A stretch of 60,000 bases of DNA, taken from contig CM119372.1 of NCBI GenBank assembly GCA_051294905.1, forward strand, positions 36,768,001-36,828,000. The letters are read 5' to 3'. Source of the stretch: Botryllus schlosseri. Taxonomy: Eukaryota. Each line of letters opens with the position of its first letter. Within the stretch, counting starts at the first letter, position 1. Under the pieces are notes generated by a model, which did not search any database, was not told the origin of the DNA, and was given only the letters and a program-made list of their open reading frames with translations. Shown piece by piece: positions 1 through 11,500 of this stretch. A program made the translations under genes and the position numbers.

Positions 1-63
1 ATGTGGAGGGAAACCACCCCCGACACGTCACTGCCGTTATTCACCCGTTACAGTGCTTAGTTG

Positions 64-527
64 CAGAGGCGGTCAGTAACTAAGTAATTTTGGCGGATTT
101 TTTCTACTTTTTTTTGGACTACTAAAATAGGTTTTCCCACTTGCACTCCAGAGTAGTAGAGTTATTTTTTATGCAACCACCTTTTATACTCAAACAGATT
201 TTAGGCCATAAAATACTTTTTACGCTTTTAATTTTGAAAAGTACAAAGTAGTTTTGGGATGCTTTTTCGTCAATTTCATGAGTGGAATTTTTATAAAAAG
301 TGCAGTTACTGAATATTTCTTCATGAATTCATCCAATGTTTGAGCGTCATCAGTCTTTTTGCATCAATCGCGAAGATAAATCCTGCAATTTCAAAATTAT
401 GGCAGATAACGTGACCAAATCGACTTTTTGTAACTACTTGGTACTTCTATTTCTAACTAGGGAGAAAAATACGGCATCACTTTTAATTTTCACTTGATCA
501 CCAACAATACTTACTCTCGCCACCTCT
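64..527. mobile_element. Degenerate hAT-type MITE (same end family as 7140-8429)
   Basis: Starts CAGAGGCGGTCAGTAAC (cf. CAGAGGTGGTCAGTAAC at 7140), ends ..CGCCACCTCT; flanks cttagttg / cttaggta only partly match. Confidence 0.4.
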
Positions 528-2353
528 CTTAGGTAGTTTGTTGCATGGAATATGGATATTGCGCGAAATGAAGCTAGGAACGCAATGGGCGAATCAATAT
601 CCATACCGACAGCATGTTCGCGTTTGCGTCGCTCTTAAATAGAATACATCATGATACAGGCTAGTAGTCGACTGGTCTTAAAGAGCGGCGCACATTGCGG
701 CATACACTCTGTTCACAGATATGTTAGTGGTGGAAATAATCGCTCGTATAGTGCGTCTCTACAATCAGCCTGCGAAGTTCCAGCTCATCTACGTGATAAG
801 GTAAGAAGCCGCTGCGGAAAGTCCTACCAATGGTAAGTGGTAGTCTTAGGCCGGAATTGGCAACGAATAAACCGGCAACTTTGTAAGTCCCTAGCAAATG
901 CCGATAAGCGATAAGACATTCCCACATTCCTGAGACTGGAATTCGATCGAATTGGACCAAGTAGTTGTTCTCTCTTATTTCACGATCGTTTCACGACCAG
1001 GGTTATGCACAATGATCGGAGTACTCGAATCTGAATCGAGTATTATTTGTAAATGATTCGAGTCCATTAGTAAAAGTTGAGTTGAAATTTTTGAGTACTG
1101 AAATTTTATGCCTCTACCCTACTGATTCCCAAACTGTTTGCCACGCCACATTAGTGTGCCGCGACTCGTTTTGTAGTTGCGGAGAATTTCTTGCGATTTC
1201 AGCGATTTCCAGTGTGGCCGGACTTAACCCATCTAGAGTCAAATTTACAAATTGATAAACCCAACGGTTATCTGATAAGTTGGCGACTTGTTTCCTATCG
1301 CTTTAGTACTATTCCCACACACGCTACGTAAGTAGCCACTCGATATCTACGATTGAAGGTAGGTAGGTAGTTAGGTATGGAATAGAAAATATATAACAGT
1401 TTCAGGAAGGGAATGTATTTAATCCGCACCAGCTGTTTGCCGTCGCAACTACACCATTAATACAACACAGCCGGTTTGCGAATTATATAGAGCATCGTTT
1501 CATTGCGCTGCGATTGCCAGCCCACAATCAGTTAGGCAAATTCATCTATGTCCTACCAGCGCAACAAAGCAGTGGTGAGATAGCGTAGTCGTATAGGTTC
1601 CACAGCACCAGTTTTAATGACTTGTGAATTCTAGTCTTTCCGCCGCCGACTCCAGAATTCCTATCTACGTTTTGAAAGGTTTTTTAGGCTTCTCGTCGCC
1701 ATCTTATCTTTCTAAGAGAAAAACCTAAAAGGAAAGTGAACCGTGTTACAAGGAATCATGAAGGGAAATATCTACATTGGGTAAAAATGACCACAGTAGT
1801 CGAAAGACCTTTAATATCAAAATAACAGCAACATAGCCTAATATCAAATTCCTTAGTGAATGTGATGGAGTTTAGGCGCACTGACATGGTTAACAGTTGT
1901 GTTTACGTATCAGTGCGACAACAGAACTATATTGATACCGGTAATTAAAAATAATTAGGTGTTTATGATCAATTGCGCTATCACAGGTGAGGCAAGACTC
2001 GTCTATGCCTCACCCGTGCCCCACCTCATCTTTTATGTTATATTTTTGAACAATAAATATGTAAATAGCGTGATTGCTGGTGTAAAATGTACAAGATTAG
2101 ACATCCATAAACATCGACGACAATACCAATACTCGTTGAAGGTTTTCACAATAGTCAGTTACCTATATTCCGGCAACAGTTGAGGCGCTTCCTGCACTTC
2201 ACACCAGACTATTGGGTACTGTTGTTTCGTAACCGACCGCATGCCGAAACATGCATGTCTAACTGTAGCGGTGATATATGGAGAAAGTATCTTTCAAATT
2301 CACGTGTCGTGACTCTTATATTGACGTTATATCAATTGTAGCCCGCAATCTCA

Positions 2354-3805
2354 ATGTTAAAGGCATCAATCGTTAATTTATTCTGTTTAACAGCAATTAT
2401 AATCCTTGTGTGTATGTTTACTCGTACGTCGACATTTATGGAAGCGGCATTCTACAAATTTGCAATATCTACTGCTATCATCACCGGATCTTTATTTACG
2501 GTTTTCACATTGCAAAGTAGCGTCGAAGCTAAGCAGAATGTTGGTATCGTCTCATTCGCCACCTATTACGGCATGGCAGTATTGAGTGCCACCTTCGTGT
2601 ATCCGTTCCTATTTCGATTGATCGGTCGGAAATGCAGTCTTTTGCTGGGCGATGCAAGTTGTGTCATATTTGGACTGTTGCTTTTGAGTCCTATTGCGGA
2701 AGTGACTATCACAATCAAGGCCTTCGTTGGATTGCTTGAGACGTGTCTTTGGGCCGCCGCGTACTCATACGCTTCTGCGTACAGCTCACACGCCGACGGC
2801 GGGGAAACTGTGAATGTTGCTAAATTTGTTACAATAATGTCTACGGCACAAGCAGGGATGAACTTAGTTCCAATTGCTACTTTGCAGAATACTGCATCAC
2901 CTGTAGACACTGCACATGCACAGTATGACAGCAACATAACCGTCAACGTGGTTTGTGGTGCTGGCGACTGTCCCAGTACTTATTTTTCTTCGACAAAATA
3001 CCGTGCGATTTACCAATACTTGATTCCTTCTCATTCATCGCTTTATATTTTAGTCGGGGTATTTACCTTGGTGCAGGGAGGAGTTCTAATTTATCATTAT
3101 CTCATTTTACCATCCGATTACCCGGATGCTGGGAGCGAGAAAAGTAACCTATTGCCCCCAGAAAACGTTACAGCGGAAATGACTCCGAAGACACGATCGG
3201 TCAAGGCTGGGAGATATCTCAAAGAGTCTCTAGCAAATATGTTGAAAAATGTGATTTCAGTGCATAGTCTCTTCACTTTTCCATCCCAACTGAGTTTTGG
3301 GCTTATTGCCGGATTTCTGTGGTCCGGATTTGCGCGATCATTTATTTCGTGTTCGTTGGGCGTGCAGACCGTGGGTTACTGTATGCTCGTAGCAAACTCC
3401 GTATCAGCGATGGCATCTGCGTCAGTAGAGCAATTTCGGTGGTACCTCTCAATGCGAACTTTGTCAGTCCTGTCACTTCTTGTAAATCTTGCTACGTGCA
3501 CATTTGCAATTCTATGGATTCCATCACCAGCTTCTTTTTACGTTCCCTACTTGCTTGCAGCGATGTTCGGTGCGTCGTATGGTGTGGCGAGAATGGTGAA
3601 GGCCAGCATTCCGGTCATTTATTTTCGTGAAACAGATACCGCGTATTCGTTAGCAGAATGCTGGGCCTCCATTGGCATAATGCTCTGCCAGATTCTCTCC
3701 GACGAATTATGCACCGTGTCTGTTCTTTGCATAATCGGAGCGTTCTCCTTGTTTTCAACTTGCGTTCTGATGGCTGGAGACTGCGTGTTTGGTCGTGTAC
3801 AATAA
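2354..3805 (+). CDS. UNC-93-like (UNC93A-type) MFS membrane protein, single exon
   Basis: 483-aa uninterrupted ORF with many hydrophobic TM segments, LQSS motif near the N-term, 'LWAA..SY', 'CGAGDCP' loop and 'F.RSFISCSLGVQTVGYCM' typical of the UNC-93 family. True start may be Met30 (MEAAFYKF). Confidence 0.85.
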   Translation: MLKASIVNLFCLTAIIILVCMFTRTSTFMEAAFYKFAISTAIITGSLFTVFTLQSSVEAKQNVGIVSFATYYGMAVLSATFVYPFLFRLIGRKCSLLLGDASCVIFGLLLLSPIAEVTITIKAFVGLLETCLWAAAYSYASAYSSHADGGETVNVAKFVTIMSTAQAGMNLVPIATLQNTASPVDTAHAQYDSNITVNVVCGAGDCPSTYFSSTKYRAIYQYLIPSHSSLYILVGVFTLVQGGVLIYHYLILPSDYPDAGSEKSNLLPPENVTAEMTPKTRSVKAGRYLKESLANMLKNVISVHSLFTFPSQLSFGLIAGFLWSGFARSFISCSLGVQTVGYCMLVANSVSAMASASVEQFRWYLSMRTLSVLSLLVNLATCTFAILWIPSPASFYVPYLLAAMFGASYGVARMVKASIPVIYFRETDTAYSLAECWASIGIMLCQILSDELCTVSVLCIIGAFSLFSTCVLMAGDCVFGRVQ

Positions 3806-4375
3806 GTGTCACGACATAATGACAGTTTAGGTCTTAATCTCTGTGTACGACGATAATTGTATTCGACGCAATTTGTGTTATGCTAAAATTTTGGCTATGT
3901 GACTATGTACTCAACTGCACCGCCATGATTGTACATATGACGTGTATAGTTACTTGACAGTATTCCGTTTGCGTATATGGCCGTCCAGAGCACCAGCATA
4001 GGACAGGATAGCAACTAGTATAAAAGCGTATGTTAGAAATTTCATGTCCGTCGTAACATTCATTTATACGTAAAATAAGACGCCAGACGTTATAGTGCTA
4101 TAACGGGATGTCTCCTGATAACGCCCGATTAAGTGATGACGCCATGTAGTGTCATCAGTCAAGCGAGATACCAGGCGGACGATTTGTACCAATAGATACA
4201 CGAATGCGCCAGCATGATTGAATATATATATGTTGTTATGAATTGATGAAGATATTATAATTTGAAATCGGTTCAATAAACACCATACGTCGTGGGGACG
4301 GTAAACTAAAATCGGTGGGATATTTGGAGTTTGTGCCACCGAGATAGGCTGTTAACCGGGATGTTCACATATGCG

Positions 4376-5713
4376 CAGGCCGTGTTATTTTTGGCATATG
4401 CCAAAACTGCCAAAATAGCTTATTTTTGGCATTTTTCAATTTTTATTTTTGGCAGTTTTGGCATCGACCTCTAAATAGATATTTTCAGACTCGAATTAGT
4501 CATAAAAACGCTTTATTTGGGTCACTTTATCAATAGAGACCAAAAAATGTGCAGCATCCACTTATAATCAGTACCAACAAACATTAAATAGAAGAAAAAA
4601 CCTAGCGATTACATAGGTTAATAATATCAAACGAAACCACAAAATGGGCAGTATCCATTCGGAATCGGTGCCAATAGGCAAAAAGAATGAGAAGCCTAAC
4701 AAACACGCTCAACACCTGATTGTTACAGCTTTTGAAAAGACTTAAATTGTTTGCACTGTAACAGTGCTTCCAAACTCAGGTCAGCAAAGTTTCTCCTGAA
4801 TTAATTTTTCGCCCATCGAATCTGGGAAATATCGGCTTCAACAGTAGCCGTTGAGGGAAAGAATGTTGCCAGTCCTCCACAAAAGGTTTTCAGAGCTTCA
4901 AAATTTCGGAGGGCAGAACCGCCTTCCAAGAATCATGAAAAGAGATCACTGCGCTAGTGCCATCGATCTCATCGCGGAAAGAATTTTCTTCCCGATCCTT
5001 TTCCAGGAGTTTTCTGTGTTGTCTCTCAACACATTCTATTTAGTAGCCCGACTATCATTTCTCCTTCAGTCTACTGATATATTCACTTCAGGTGGCTTTA
5101 ATATTACAAACTCGCATGGAAGAGTCCTGGGAAGGTTAGCTTGTTTAAGAACAATAATGCAACAAGACTGTCTGGCAAAACGAGACTGCAGCTCAGAAAT
5201 AGCCGGACTGTTTGTTGTGTCACAATGTTCAACTCGATCACAATGCAAAAATCGTGGTTGAGTTTGGGGGTTCCAGATCCATCAGCAGAATACAATTTAT
5301 ATTTTAGTAATCAGTACAGCAGTAGCTTTCCATTGATACCCGTTGTATCAAATTTAGCGCTCGGCAAGCCGGATAAAAATGGCCATAAAATTGCCTTTGG
5401 ACCAATGGAAAGTACGACGTAAACCAAATGCAGTCAGCCGTTCAATCTCGCTGTGCAAACACCATTTAGGACACCATGCTTTCTCCCCTAATAGGTGGGC
5501 TGGACCAATAGAGTAAGAAACCTGCCCTTCACACACGCTCTTCTCGCTTGTAATGCGGTCCTGTTAACACAACACCATGAAAGAAATACACTATTAGCAG
5601 GCCGTGTTATTTTTGACATATGCCAAAAATTAGTTATTTTGGGCATTTTCAAATTTTTATTTTTGGCAGTTTTGGCATCTGGCTCCTGAAATGCCAAAAA
5701 ATAACACGGCCTG
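4376..5713 (-). mobile_element. Non-autonomous hAT element with transposase C-terminal remnant
   Basis: TIR CAGGCCGTGTTATTTTTGGCA / TGCCAAAAATAACACGGCCTG; perfect 8-bp TSD CATATGCG (4368-4375, 5714-5721); - strand ~4920-4741 translates KTFCGGLATFFPSTATVEADISQIRWAKN*FRRNFADLSLEALLQCKQF (hAT dimerisation-like). Confidence 0.9.
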
Positions 5714-7139
5714 CATATGCGAAGCCAGATTATTCGAGGAAAATACGTAGCAGCATACACAAGCAACTTTATGAGTCCAGATCAAGTCAATCATATGAAT
5801 TTCGCTATACTAAAAGGACGAGACAAATAATGTTTACTTTGTAGGGGGTAGTAGATTACATTCGGTCCAGTCATTCGGTGCATACATATCAGCATCGACT
5901 ATAAATGTGCGCGAAATTATAGAACAACAACGGCCGTGTCGGATATTGAATGAAAGTCCTAAGCAATGAATGACTGTGAGATTCTGACGCCCTGGCCTGC
6001 AAACTGCCAAGTGCAATAGATCAACTAGTTTTGTGTCAACCATCAAATATGAATACTGGTAATTATTTTCCGAATTGCCCGTCCCCTCCATGGTTATGTA
6101 CTCGGACTATCGTGGTAGAATAATGTCAACCAGGGTTTGACATTGGTAGAATATGAAACTCGAACGGAACAAATATAGACTTATTTACTCTGCCACATGA
6201 ACTAAGCCTAGAGAGACCAGCAGCGATGTAATCCTACATTTTTGGAGCGCCCAACTAAGTTTTAGCTGCTTGTAATACTTACACAAGTGGGTGCGATTTA
6301 GACAATAAGTCGAATTCACAATTCCTGGAGAAACACAGCTTACGTGTTACGCTTTTAACGTTATAAAGTATGTTATATAGTTGTAAAGAGTACCTCACAA
6401 TCGGCGCAATGATTATTACGGATGATGATTGTCAGTGCAGTACAGGCCAATGATATATATACATACATCACTATATATCTATACATCACTGGAGCAATTA
6501 TTTTATTATCTAAAACGGAAAATCTTGCACTAAAAATAAAAATATTGACATTTGTGACATTAAAAAACAAAATGGTGACAAAATTTCGCTCCCAGGTATT
6601 TAAATTAGGCACTGTACGACATTTATAAGTTGGCTAGATAGTACCTAGTAGCTGTACGTAAATTTACGTAAATGATATGCACCGAGCATTGACTCGATAT
6701 TATGCGACCGAAAGAGTATATAAACGTCTGGTTCGGAGATATTCATGAAAGGAAAATTGTTTTGGTCGGCTTTGCTCTGTGTATAAGTTTGTGGTGCATT
6801 ATTGTAATTATCATCAAAGATTTAGGGTGGCAGTTATCACCTGCTACGGTGTTGTGTGTCACGCAAAACGGCGCAAAAAAATTCTTGGAAATGACACTCA
6901 AATGAATCTAATACTGGAGGGATCAAATTCAGCTACAGACGAAGATAGGACGAGGATTGATAATACATAAAACAGTGTAAAAAGAAGGTTGAGAAATGAT
7001 ACACTGTTTCGGGTACATTTCAACGTTCGAAAAGGGGGTTTTCTCCAGAATTCCTACCTGATTGTTTACCTATAGGTTCCACTTCGCCATCTCATCCGTG
7101 TCAGCGGTGTCTTATAAAAGCCTAGAAGTGGGTTGTACT

Positions 7140-8429
7140 CAGAGGTGGTCAGTAACGAAGTACTTCTACTTTTTTTAAAGTACTCAAGTAGTTTTCCTCT
7201 ACTTATGGTACTTACTCAAGTAGATATGATTTTATCTACTTCTACTTCGTAATATTTTATGATCTACTTACTTACTTTTCGCTATTTTCAGTTTGTCAAG
7301 TAGAAGTAGTTTAATCCTCCAATACGAAAGAGAGCCTGAGCAATCTCGGGGCTGTTTGCGCGGAGTACCAACATTGAATATTCATAAAAGTCATGTAAAG
7401 CCCAGAAATTTTGTTGCGCTTCGCGCACAGTAGTTATGAAGTGACAAATATGTTTTAACGAAAGTATCAGTGAATATAACTTATATAACGGATTGCTTAT
7501 GGTTCCGCTCACACCGCATTGTCGCCCATATCAAATATTTCATCACAGTAAATATGGCCCACTATAATAACGTTTGAAACTACCGTTTCGCAATCTAGCA
7601 TTTACCTATCCTGTCGTTTTCTAGCAACCCATGACGTGTCCCGCTAATCTGGAAAATCCAGGTTTTTGGAACGTTACACCTTTGGTCACCTTTGACGCTT
7701 TATGTACAAAAGACATGAAATATATTTTCCGCATTTTAGAAGGGGTATTTGTATTTCACTTTCAATTCCGAGTATGATACTTGAAGTATCATACTTTGGG
7801 TTCTAAATACTTTCAGTTCTTTTGTCTGCAGAACATACATGTTGAAGCATAAAAGCAAGTATAGTAATGCCTCTATTCTCGGAAAATAAAGATGAACAAT
7901 ATATAAATTTTACAATCAACAATATTTGTCATTCACGTATACTAATCGCGAAAAGTGTTGAACCCGTATCCAATACAACTTGTCCGTATTGCTCTTCGCC
8001 CAAACTAGGGGCCTTAAAATATGGGGTAGGGCACCATGCCACGATATTCTCTAAAACGGGGTCTTCTAGTAAACAAACAGTTAGTATCGCATTTTCATAT
8101 CACTACTATAATTTGCATCCCATGATTCGAAAGAATGCTTATTCTGTCAAAAATTGATACTTCCTGGGTTGCATCAATACGAATCAAGCTCTCTGCACCT
8201 TCCGCAAAGCTCAATTTGCAGCTTTTGACAGTCCATGCGAACGAATTAAGACTGTTTTCAAAACTACTTACTTACTTGAGTACTTTTAAAGTCGGTCAAT
8301 TCTACTTCTACTTCAAGTAGTTTTAGGTGGCTTATGGAAAAAGTACTTCTACTCGTACTTGAGTAGATTTTTTCGTCGCTACTTCTACTTCTACTTGAGT
8401 AGCTTTCTTGACTACTTTGACCACCTCTG
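7140..8429. mobile_element. hAT MITE with AAGTAG/CTACTT subterminal repeats
   Basis: TIR CAGAGGTGGTCA / TGACCACCTCTG; perfect TSD GTTGTACT (7132-7139, 8430-8437). Confidence 0.9.
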
Positions 8430-8529
8430 GTTGTACTCCAAGTCAGCAGCTACAGGATAAAAATAAAAAAAAATTGGCTGGTGCAAACGACAAACACCAT
8501 GAATACTACAAACAACAGCTACAACAACA

Positions 8530-8940
8530 ACAGAGGGGCATAGAACACAATCGATTTTAAACAGATGACTCTTCAGCTTGCATTGTCCAGTGGGGAGCCG
8601 AAACATGGTGGATTTGAAAAGACGATGGGAGAGCATCGGCGAAGGGGTGATGATTGATTCTCGGAATTGACGAGAGTGCGACCCGGAGTCCGAACAACAA
8701 TATTGGCCTTGCCACAGGTGAATATACATCGATATGATTGCGGTCTTGGCTTCTAGTGGTGCCACTGTCGGTGCATCAGCTGCAAGAGAACATACCCAGG
8801 TAGTCCCTGCAACTTCATCGGCTTGACTATTTCCCGGGATTCCACTGTGTCCGGGAATCCAAGCCAGAGTAACATGGATGAGGTGATTGGCTATACATGA
8901 AGTAAATCGTCAAAATTATTGATTAAAACACTGTTGCTGA
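8530..8940 (-). pseudogene. 3' remnant of RNase H-containing LINE ORF2 (I-group-like)
   Basis: - strand reads HVTLAWIPGHSGIPGNSQADEVA (RNase H WxPGH..GN.AD motif), then FRLPTGQCKLKSHLFKI (RLxTGH-type motif that precedes the CCHC knuckle); reading frame disrupted. Confidence 0.75.
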
Positions 8941-8970
8941 TGCATGGTAGCTATGTTTGCGGCACCTAAA

Positions 8971-9607
8971 TATTATTATTATTGTCCTCTTTATTCACAC
9001 TAGAACTTGTAAATACACACATAATCCGGGACGCAACCTGCCCCCAAAGGAAAATGGCGAGATTGGAGTAAATTTTTAAAATGTCAGTAATACAGTCAAA
9101 TTGTTATTCCTATGCAATACAAGAAGTCAGATTACAAAATTGCAGTAGATGAAGAATTGGCATTATTATTATAATATTCTTTATTCACAGTAAAACTGGT
9201 AGATACACACATAATCCGGGGAGCAACCTGCCCCCAAAGGAAAATGGCGAGATTGGAGTAAATTTTTAAAATTTCAGTAATACATTCAAATTGTTATTCC
9301 TATGCAATACACGGAGAAGTGAGATTACAGAATTGCAGCAGATGAAGAATTATTATTATATTCTTTATTCACAGTAAAACTGGTAGATACACACATAATC
9401 CGGGGAGCAACCTGCCCCCAAAGGAAAATGGCGAGATTGGAGTAAATTTTTAAAATTTCAGTAATACATTCAAATTGTTATTCCTATGCAATACACGGAG
9501 AAGTCAGATTACAGAATTGCAGCAGATGAAGAATTGGCAGAGGTAGAGATGATTGAAGATGAAGAATCGAAATTACAGAAATTATGCTGTGATTCACAAG
9601 TGTAATT
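8971..9607 (-). repeat. Three tandem copies of the R4/Dong element 3' end, each ending in (TAA)n
   Basis: ~190-bp unit (..CATAATCCGGG..GCAACCTGCCCCCAAAGGAAAATGGCGAG..) starting at about 8971, 9162 and 9350, each preceded on + by (ATT)3-4; the third copy continues into the ORF stop at 9608. Confidence 0.9.
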
Positions 9608-11400
9608 TTAGTCCAGTGGTGCATTCAAGGCCTTCCGAAGAATGTGCACAGTGCCCAATAATGTGATTTTCTGGATCATGTCGAATCGAACGTGACCCGG
9701 AATTTGTTGGATATGCCTCATGAGTTTTTTGCTCACGACCCCTGTAGCACCAATGACTATCGGTACAATGTTTATTTTGCATCGCCACATTTTCTCACAT
9801 TCCATTTTGAGGTCTGCGTATTTGGAGTATTTTTCTGATTCTTTTTGCAGTAGGTTGTGATCAGCTGGGACAGCCAGTTCAATGAATAAGCATTCTCTTT
9901 TCTTTTTTAGTTTGACGATTATATCCGGGCGGTTGCTCCTGATTTCGCGGTCAGTTATAACTGGTACATCCCACAGAATTTTTACTTGTTCGTTTTCTGT
10001 CACTGGTGCTGGGCTGTAATCATACCAATTTTTTGTCGCAGTGGTGATGTTAAAATGTTTGCATAATTCAAGATGAATGTAGTGACCAATCCTATTGTGT
10101 CTCCATGTGTATTCGGTAGCTGCAAGTGCACCACAGCCGGACATGAGATGTGCTACAGTTTCATTTTGGTTGTGGCACATTCTGCATTTGCCGTCCGTGT
10201 TTTGCTTCAGAATTCTTTGGCGATAGTATTTTGTAGGAAGCGATTGGTCTTGTGCTGCGAAAATGAATCCTTCGCTTGCCGGTTTCAGGCCAGAGCTGGA
10301 TAGCCAGGTCCATGAAAGCTCGTCTACATGGGGCTGTGAAGTTAACTTCTTGTGCTGTCCATGAAGAGGCATCGATTCCCATATCGTTTCTCTCATTTTG
10401 AGCATTGCATTTTTGTACTGGACTCGTGCTGCTTTTGCTATTGTTGTGGGTTTGGCAACAGTGTTTTCAGCAGTGTACAGGTTAGCTGTTTCCATGTTGA
10501 CTTCTCTGACGTACTTGTCGTGACGATAGCTCAGAGATTTTGTTTTGCGCTGTTTGTCTTCCTGTGCAATAAGTATGCAGTAAATGTTTTCGCTGTTGTT
10601 GATGTACTGTGACAAGCCGATGATTTCTGTTTTGAAAGTTTGTTCAATTTCTTGTAGTCCTCGACCACCTTTTTTTCTGGGGATGTACAGTCTTTGTGTA
10701 TCAGATTTTGGGTGATGCATGTGGTGCATTGTCATCAATTTTCTCGTCTTTGTATCCAATTTTTTAATTTCATCTTTGCGCCAGTTCACCACACCAAAGC
10801 TATATCTCAAGACAGCAGGCACTGCAAGACTGTTTATGGCATTGATTTTGTTTTTGGAATTGAGTTCAGTTTTGAGAATTGACTTGAGCCTGCTAATGTA
10901 TTCCTTTTTCAGACTTGATTTCATTGCAGCATGTTTAATGTTGTCGCTTTCACAGATCCCTAGATATTTATAGTGATCTTCGGCATTCAATTCTGTTATG
11001 GTTTCACCCAGTTTGAAGCTCATGTCGCCAGTGCTGGTGACTCTTCCACGTCGTATGGTAAGTTTTGAGCATTTATCCAAGCCAAATTTCATTTTTATAT
11101 CTTCCGAAAACTCATGAACAATTTTCATTTGGTTATTCAGGTCTGCATCGGATTTCGCGTACAGTTTCAGATCATCCATGAACAAAAGGTGATGAATCTT
11201 TTGACCTTCAGAGTTTGCTGCTTTTTTCATCACGTATCCTGTTTCATTTTTTCTCAGCAACTCACTGAGTGGAGCTAAACTGAGGCAGAATAGAAGTGGT
11301 GAGAATGAGTCGCCTTGAAAGATACCATTCCGTATCTGAATTGTACAGGTTTCTGTTTCGCCTTGGTCATGTTTGATCAACAGTTTGGTATGCCAATTTT
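9608..11400 (-). CDS. R4/Dong-clade non-LTR retrotransposon ORF (RT + CCHC + restriction-like endonuclease), 5' part lost in gap
   Basis: GIFQGDSFSPLLF, LFMDDLKL, YKYLG (RT); CRMC..ETVAHLMSGC (CCHC); RHNRI; RPDIIV...IELAVP...KYSKY (PD-(D/E)xK RLE). Frame is open to the N-gap (NWHTKLLIKH). Confidence 0.93.
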
Positions 11401-11500
11401 NNNNNNNNNNNNNNNNNNNNNNNNNNNNNNNNNNNNNNNNNNNNNNNNNNNNNNNNNNNNNNNNNNNNNNNNNNNNNNNNNNNNNNNNNNNNNNNNNNNN
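11401..11500. other. Assembly gap (100 N)
   Basis: Run of n. Confidence 1.

Noticed and set aside
10073..10973. Plus-strand ORFs overlapping the R4 ORF
   Set aside because: Antisense shadows of the retrotransposon coding sequence.
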